Shown here: one piece after another, positions 26,871-32,000 of the stretch
Layout: every line of letters begins with the position of its first letter
Numbering within the stretch: position 1 is the first letter of the stretch
From: Acaryochloris marina MBIC11017
Lineage (GTDB): Bacteria; Cyanobacteriota; Cyanobacteriia; Thermosynechococcales; Thermosynechococcaceae
Direction of reading: 5' to 3'
NCBI RefSeq assembly: GCF_000018105.1
Contig: NC_009925.1
Span: forward strand, 5,760,001-5,792,000
Length of the DNA stretch: 32,000 bases
Translations under genes and position numbers: made by a program
The notes under the pieces: generated by a model
Databases searched by the model: none
Told to the model about the DNA's origin: nothing
Seen by the model: the letters and a program-made list of their open reading frames with translations, nothing else

Positions 26871-29800
26871 ATGCTAAATTTTGATGATTATTTAATTAAA
26901 ACATATGGTGGCTATCAAGAACAGAACCTTAGCTTTTCCACACTGTCAAATGGCAATATATTGCAGTTGTCTGGGAATGGCTGGAAAAAAATTAGACGAC
27001 CTTATCAGATTACTAGAAATACAGTTCTAGAATTTGACTTCAAAAGCAATATCCAAGGAAAGATTCACAGTATTGGTTTTGATAATGACAATGTTCTGAG
27101 TTCAAACCAGAGTTTTCAGCTCTATGGCAGTCAACCTTGGGGATTATCTCAGTTCAATGATTATCCGGCTACTGGGGACTGGCTCTCTTATCGGATTCCG
27201 GTCGGAGAATTTTTTACGGGGCAGTTTGCCTATTTAACCTTTGGCAACCATCAAGATACCCCTCAACCCAATGCTAATGGCTTTTTCCGAAATGTCAGGG
27301 TGTTTGAACAAGTTTCCGCTCCCTCATCAACGCAGACTGGTTCGGGAACTCCTGCATTTGCATCCCAGCTTTCAGCGTCGATGCCAGCCACATCGATGGC
27401 CACAATTGGTGAAGTTGGGCAAATTTCAGGACTGACCCATCTCAAACAGACAATTGAACTTCAGCACAACTATATCAATCCCGTTATCTTTGCCCAAACC
27501 CTGAGTTTTAATGGAGGACAACCAGCAACGGTTCGCATTGACAACATTCAAAGTAATCGGTTTGAACTCTATATCCAGGAGCCTAGTAATCATGATGGTC
27601 GACATGTACCCGAAAACATTAGTTTCATCGTCTTGGAGGCTGGTTCCTGGGTTCTAGAAGATGGAACCCAGTTAGAAGTTGGTACTTTGAAAACCAATCG
27701 TTTAGTCACCAGCGGATTTGAAACCGTTGACTTTAGCCAAAAATTTTCAGATTCTCCCATCGTTTTTAGCCAGGTTCAAACCGCTGACGGTTCGGATTTT
27801 GTTCGTACACGACAACAAAAGACATCGGCTATTGGCTTTCAGGTCGGCATGGAAGAGGAGGAGAAGAAAAAATACTCAGGTCATGTATCAGAGTCGGTAG
27901 GGTGGTTAGCTATTGAGCCTGGATCGGGAACTTGGGGAAGGCTAGCTTATCAAGTTGGGCAAACCAGAGATACGGTGACCCATGATTGGGCATCTATTGA
28001 TCTGTCCGGTTTTACGTCCACCCCCAATTTTTTAGCGTCTCTTGCTTCTTATGATGGATCCGATTCGGCTGGGGTTCGTTATCGTAATCTTCACAATACT
28101 TCTGTAGAAGTCAAGGTAGAAGAAGACACCACTGCAGATGCGGAGACTTCCCATACGAGCGAAGTTGTTAGTTTTTTAGCCATTCAAGGCAGTGGGTTAC
28201 TTCAAGGTTCTAAATCTACGAACTCTACAACTGACACTGGAGGAACTGTGGCGACACGGGATGTAACCCAGCGGCCTTTTGCTGCCAATTCGATCTGGAA
28301 TACCCCCATTGGATCTGATGCTGAATATGTTGATGCCAAGATTGAATGGGCTAAAAATGCAACAGTGGATGTCGATCATTTTTATATCCTCAAGGGTGAT
28401 GATCCGCTACAACCGCTTTATAAACATGGGACCTGGGGACCTGGTCGAACAACGGGCAGTGCCTATCAAGGAATTTCCCTGCCCCTTCCGAATGATTTAC
28501 GGATTGCGGATTCGACCAATACCAAGACACCCAATAATTCTGCGGCTTTCTTGATGCCTGATGGTCGGACCTTGGTTCAGGTGAATGCATTGACCCGCGA
28601 TCGCAACAACGATTTCGTCTATGGCCAACGATTACCCTTTACCCTGAATGTTGCTCGGTATGAGGATATTTATGGAACAGGTATAGAGGGAGCCCATGCG
28701 GGGTCTGGGTTATCCTCCATCGGCGGCACCATTCGAAAGGGCGAATTGATTGGCTCTGATCCCATCCGCCATGCCCTGAAAGTAAATCTTTGGACTAAAA
28801 ACTATTTTTCCTATACCGATGGTCCAGGTGGTGGATTGGGTTATCGGTGGCCCGCGGTCAAAGCGGATACCCATGCTAGTCCAGGAACCTATGCGGGTGC
28901 AGTACCTGAACTGCTCAACGGCAGCTTGCTGGCTATCCCACCAGATATGACACCGGATAAATTAGGGATACAGACAGAAGTTGGTAAAAAACTCTTCTAT
29001 GCCTTTCAGGACTATGGGGCCTATCTTGCTGATGATACTGGATGGGATGCCCATGCCATCGCGGTTGAAAAAGGGGTCACTAAAGAATTCTCTGACCACT
29101 ATGGCTTTAGTTTTACGGACAACAGTGGTCCTTTTTATGAAGACTATATGCAGTTGTTTTCGGCCTTGCATGTCGTCGATAACAATGCCCTAGACAATAT
29201 CGGCGGGGGAGGAACACCCCGTGCTCCTCTAGCTCCAGATTTTGACGTTGCTCCTCCGCCAGCATTTATCGGTAACGCCGACTCGAACAACCTAGAGGGA
29301 GATGACCAAGCCAACCGAATGGATGGCAAAGCAGGAAACGATCTGATCCTAGGTCGTGGTGGACATGATTTCATCACTGGTGGGTCGGGTAGAGATACCC
29401 TCGATGGGGGTAAGGGCAATGATCATCTTATTGGTGATACCAGCTCTGATCATTTGCTAGGGGGAGATGGGAATGACTATTTAGATGGAGGAGCCTATGG
29501 TGACACCCTGGAAGGAGGAGATGGAGACGATCATCTGACGGGGGGAACTGGTAAAGATCGCTTCATGGGTGGAGCTGGATTTGACACTGTGATCGAGTCT
29601 GATGATATTGACTTTGAGCTGACTAAGAACAAACTGATTGGCACCTGGACCGATACCCTTGACAGTATTGAGCACGTCATTCTCAGTGGTGGGGATAGCA
29701 ATAACAAACTAGATGCATCCCAATTTCAAGGTACGGTCCATTTAAATGGTGGTGAAGGCCATGATCAGTTAATCGGTGGGCAACAGGGCGATGTCTTGGT

Positions 29801-30131
29801 CAGCAGTTCTGGGAATGACAGCCTGACAGGGGGGGCAGGTACCGATACGTTTGATGTAGTGGGGCGAGTTGAGTTTTTACAAAGTAATCGTAGTACCCCT
29901 TTGAAGACAGGTGAATTTGCGCTTATTAATGACTTCAACAAGGATAAAGACACCCTCATCCTTCTGGGATCTGCCCAACAGTATGTTGTCGGTATTAGCA
30001 ATATAGGGGCAGAAATATACTTGGATACCAATGGTGATGGCATCACCACTCAAGCGGATGAAATCGTCGCGATTATCAAGGGTTCAAATTCATTTAACCT
30101 AGACGGTTCGTTTGTTAAATACCTTGATTGA
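26871..30131 (+). CDS. Large multidomain secreted protein (1086 aa): CBM-like N-domain, 3 tandem repeats of about 85 aa, uncharacterised domain of about 320 aa, RTX (GGxGxD) Ca-binding repeats, C-terminal tail
   Basis: This is the first start codon in a long open frame. There is no N-terminal signal peptide (MLNFDDYLIKTYGG...). RTX nonapeptides are present, for example GGSGRDTLDGGKGNDHLIG, GGDGNDYLDGG and GGDGDDHLTGGTGKDRFMGGAGFDT. The central domain is homologous to the product of the adjacent convergent gene. Confidence 0.9.
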   Translation: MLNFDDYLIKTYGGYQEQNLSFSTLSNGNILQLSGNGWKKIRRPYQITRNTVLEFDFKSNIQGKIHSIGFDNDNVLSSNQSFQLYGSQPWGLSQFNDYPATGDWLSYRIPVGEFFTGQFAYLTFGNHQDTPQPNANGFFRNVRVFEQVSAPSSTQTGSGTPAFASQLSASMPATSMATIGEVGQISGLTHLKQTIELQHNYINPVIFAQTLSFNGGQPATVRIDNIQSNRFELYIQEPSNHDGRHVPENISFIVLEAGSWVLEDGTQLEVGTLKTNRLVTSGFETVDFSQKFSDSPIVFSQVQTADGSDFVRTRQQKTSAIGFQVGMEEEEKKKYSGHVSESVGWLAIEPGSGTWGRLAYQVGQTRDTVTHDWASIDLSGFTSTPNFLASLASYDGSDSAGVRYRNLHNTSVEVKVEEDTTADAETSHTSEVVSFLAIQGSGLLQGSKSTNSTTDTGGTVATRDVTQRPFAANSIWNTPIGSDAEYVDAKIEWAKNATVDVDHFYILKGDDPLQPLYKHGTWGPGRTTGSAYQGISLPLPNDLRIADSTNTKTPNNSAAFLMPDGRTLVQVNALTRDRNNDFVYGQRLPFTLNVARYEDIYGTGIEGAHAGSGLSSIGGTIRKGELIGSDPIRHALKVNLWTKNYFSYTDGPGGGLGYRWPAVKADTHASPGTYAGAVPELLNGSLLAIPPDMTPDKLGIQTEVGKKLFYAFQDYGAYLADDTGWDAHAIAVEKGVTKEFSDHYGFSFTDNSGPFYEDYMQLFSALHVVDNNALDNIGGGGTPRAPLAPDFDVAPPPAFIGNADSNNLEGDDQANRMDGKAGNDLILGRGGHDFITGGSGRDTLDGGKGNDHLIGDTSSDHLLGGDGNDYLDGGAYGDTLEGGDGDDHLTGGTGKDRFMGGAGFDTVIESDDIDFELTKNKLIGTWTDTLDSIEHVILSGGDSNNKLDASQFQGTVHLNGGEGHDQLIGGQQGDVLVSSSGNDSLTGGAGTDTFDVVGRVEFLQSNRSTPLKTGEFALINDFNKDKDTLILLGSAQQYVVGISNIGAEIYLDTNGDGITTQADEIVAIIKGSNSFNLDGSFVKYLD
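28272..29237 (+). other. Uncharacterised conserved domain, copy A (aa 468-789 of the RTX-repeat protein)
   Basis: By eye it aligns along its full length with aa 61-373 of the 30136-31266 product. Shared blocks are SIWN.PIGS, LKGDDP.QP, TPNN..AFLMPDGRTLVQ, GAH.GSGLSSIGG.IR.GEL, PIRHALK.NLW, GYRWPA, GSLLAIPPD, QDYGAY..DDT.W.AHAI, GGGG.PRAPLAP. Confidence 0.85.
29271..29860 (+). repeat. RTX / hemolysin-type calcium-binding nonapeptide repeat block (two runs separated by a spacer of about 35 aa)
   Basis: GGxGxDxLx-type units repeat in the translated sequence from GNADSNNLEGDD to GGAGTDTFDV. Confidence 0.85.
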
Positions 30132-30135
30132 GCTG

Positions 30136-31266
30136 TTAATCGTGAATGGGCGGTGCCAAGGGTGCTCTAGGGTCGCCCCCTCCGCCCACTGATTCAGGGG
30201 TATTGTTAGATACGACTGAAAGTCTAGTAAACAACTTCATCACATCCTCAAAAAAAGGACCTTCTGAGCGATTAAACCCATAGCCGTAGGTCTGTCGAAA
30301 CTCTTTCAGGACACTATGCTCCAAGGGGATGGCATGGGCATTCCAGGCCGTATCATCCACCACGTAAGCGCCATAATCTTGCAACGCATGGAAGAGCTTT
30401 TTGGCGGGTTGTGTTTTGAGTCCCAGACTGGACGCAGTGATATCAGGGGGAATGGCCAATAGTGAGCCTTGAACCAGCTCGGGATTCTTACCACCATATT
30501 GCTGAGCTGCATACTTATCCGCGCGATCTGCTGGCCAACGATATCCAGGGATGCCCTTGGAATAGTAAAGATATTTTTTACCCCACAAGTTAATCTTTAA
30601 AGCATGCCGAATAGGGGCGTCTCCCACTAATTCCCCTTCCCGGATGGAGCCACCGATAGAAGACAATCCTGATCCAAAATGAGCACCTCCAATACCGGCA
30701 TCGTAGATATCGACATTGGGAAAATATCGCCAGCCGTAGATGGGACCGCCTGGCTTACAGCGTGCTAAAGGTTCTAGCTGAACCAATGTCCTGCCGTCTG
30801 GCATTAGAAATGCAGAGGCATTATTGGGGGTCTTTCCTTTCCCTGCATCTGGAACGATCAGATCATCTGGAACAGGCAGGGAAATCTTCATGGACTTTTT
30901 TTTGCCTTTACAGCGCTTTCTCCAAGAACCAGGTGCATAGACCGGTTGGCGAGGATCATCGCCCTTTAATTCAAAGAAATACTCTTCATCGGATCGCAAT
31001 CGGGGAGCTGGCTTAATGTGGGCGGGCTGATATTGAGCATTGGAGCCAATGGGCATATTCCAGATGGAGTCGGCGGAAAACGGCCAGAGAAATTTATCTC
31101 GAGAGGTGGGGGCGCTGTGGCTATAGTCCACTGGATAAGACGAGATGCGTCGCTCGAGCGCAGATGAAGAGCCGCTACTAACCTGTTGACAGGCTAAGAG
31201 TCCGAACATGCCAAGCAGAACGCACAATAAAATGAAATACTGTTTATAGCGATTTCTATTCAACAT
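30136..31266 (-). CDS. Lipoprotein consisting almost entirely of the same uncharacterised domain (376 aa)
   Basis: The signal peptide has a lipobox (LLGMFGLLAC, Cys26). Residues 61-373 are roughly 50-60% identical (estimated by eye) to aa 468-789 of the convergent RTX-repeat protein. The gene lies 58 nt downstream of a GT2 gene on the same strand. Confidence 0.85.
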   Translation of the reverse strand: MLNRNRYKQYFILLCVLLGMFGLLACQQVSSGSSSALERRISSYPVDYSHSAPTSRDKFLWPFSADSIWNMPIGSNAQYQPAHIKPAPRLRSDEEYFFELKGDDPRQPVYAPGSWRKRCKGKKKSMKISLPVPDDLIVPDAGKGKTPNNASAFLMPDGRTLVQLEPLARCKPGGPIYGWRYFPNVDIYDAGIGGAHFGSGLSSIGGSIREGELVGDAPIRHALKINLWGKKYLYYSKGIPGYRWPADRADKYAAQQYGGKNPELVQGSLLAIPPDITASSLGLKTQPAKKLFHALQDYGAYVVDDTAWNAHAIPLEHSVLKEFRQTYGYGFNRSEGPFFEDVMKLFTRLSVVSNNTPESVGGGGDPRAPLAPPIHD

Positions 31267-31324
31267 GGGCTATCTGTAGCTTCACGTTTTCGTTCACCCG
31301 GACTGGCACCTTTCTCAGAAACCA

Positions 31325-32000
31325 CTAGCCAAATTTGAGTTGTGCCTTCACCCGCTCTAGCGCCGTTAAATGCTTGATAAAGGTCAACACAAGCCACAGC
31401 TGCAGTTTCTGGTGGACCGTATCTACCCGTGCCCGAGCAAAGGTCTTGAAAGGGGGGAAGACATCTCTGACAATATCCTTGATGAATTTCTTTAAGGTGT
31501 AGGTACTAGACTGGCTCAAGTCATAGGGGCCTCGGGTTGTTCTGAGGATTTTCTGGTAAAGCTGTGCAAAGGAATGCCGAGCTGGGTGATGGACAAAAGC
31601 CTCTGCTGAATAGACTTGTGGATACCCTGCCTTGAACACTCGTTGTCCCCATTCATAGTCCCCACCAGATTTCAGGGTTTGATCAAACAAACCGACTTTG
31701 TGGAAGACCGATTTAAAGGTAAAGACATTGGCCGTAGCGCCAAACTTGGCATGTTTTAAATACAAATCTTGCTGTAAATACAGCACGCTATCACAGAGTT
31801 CAATGGGGTTTGGCTGTTGTGGATTTTGATAGCTGAATTCGATTCTGCCAGCCACTAGACCACAGTTGGGAGTATCGTGTAAGCTCTGAACCCCTTTTTC
31901 AATCCAGTCAGGGGCAGGTATACAGTCTGCATCCGTGAACGCTAGGATGTTTCCTTTTGCGATCGCAATCCCAGTATTTCGGGCAGCATAGGACCCCCGC
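31325..32000 (-). CDS. Family 2 glycosyltransferase, 5'-truncated by the window edge
   Basis: The track ORF starts at a GTG at 31855. The frame stays open to position 31999 and reads RGSYAARNTGIAIAKGNILAFTDADCIPAPDWIEKG..., which includes a typical GT2 DxD region. The true start is beyond the window. Confidence 0.8.
   Translation of the reverse strand, partial: RGSYAARNTGIAIAKGNILAFTDADCIPAPDWIEKGVQSLHDTPNCGLVAGRIEFSYQNPQQPNPIELCDSVLYLQQDLYLKHAKFGATANVFTFKSVFHKVGLFDQTLKSGGDYEWGQRVFKAGYPQVYSAEAFVHHPARHSFAQLYQKILRTTRGPYDLSQSSTYTLKKFIKDIVRDVFPPFKTFARARVDTVHQKLQLWLVLTFIKHLTALERVKAQLKFG

Noticed and set aside
26871-30131. Interpreting the RTX-repeat protein as a pore-forming cytolysin or toxin
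   Set aside because: It has no hydrophobic pore-forming domain or acylation-site region. No hlyC-, hlyB- or hlyD-like genes are nearby. Cyanobacterial RTX-repeat proteins are commonly surface, S-layer or motility proteins. The domain content points to binding and enzymatic modules.
1-32000. Search for CRISPR arrays, IS elements or transposases, integrases, tRNA or rRNA genes, and known defence-system genes
   Set aside because: I saw no regularly spaced direct repeats, no terminal inverted repeats bracketing an ORF, no transposase-, integrase-, nuclease- or ATPase-type defence ORFs in the track, and no cloverleaf-like segments in the intergenic regions. tRNAscan-SE, Infernal and an IS or defence-system finder would confirm this.

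Overview
This window reads as a cyanobacterial chromosomal segment. The HIP1 octamer GCGATCGC occurs 12 times, where about 0.5 is expected by chance. I support 21 protein-coding genes, one of them truncated at the right edge. I recognised no rRNA, tRNA, CRISPR array, transposase or integrase.

Positions 1 to about 22.7 kb hold housekeeping and signalling genes:
- a dnaK-dnaJ paralog pair
- a pentapeptide-repeat protein
- a photolyase-related protein that lacks the expected Fe-S cysteines
- an M48 peptidase
- an exported metallophosphoesterase
- two adjacent Hanks-type Ser/Thr kinases with different ectodomains
- a GT2 glycosyltransferase
- metK
- a HAD hydrolase
- a 1318-aa hybrid histidine kinase with four GAF domains, of which only GAF1 keeps a bilin-type Cys-His motif
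- two SAM-dependent methyltransferases

Positions 22.7 to 32 kb look accessory. Intergenic gaps are long and AT-rich and there are two orphan ORFs. The rest is a cell-surface locus: a lipoprotein SGNH esterase with a CBM-like module, a 1086-aa multidomain protein with RTX repeats, a lipoprotein and a GT2.

The best novelty candidate is a domain of about 315 aa that I cannot assign to any family. It is present in two convergent, anciently diverged paralogs (28272-29237 + and 30139-31086 -), which appear to be exported by different routes. All calls come from reading the sequence and from remembered family motifs. No database search was run.
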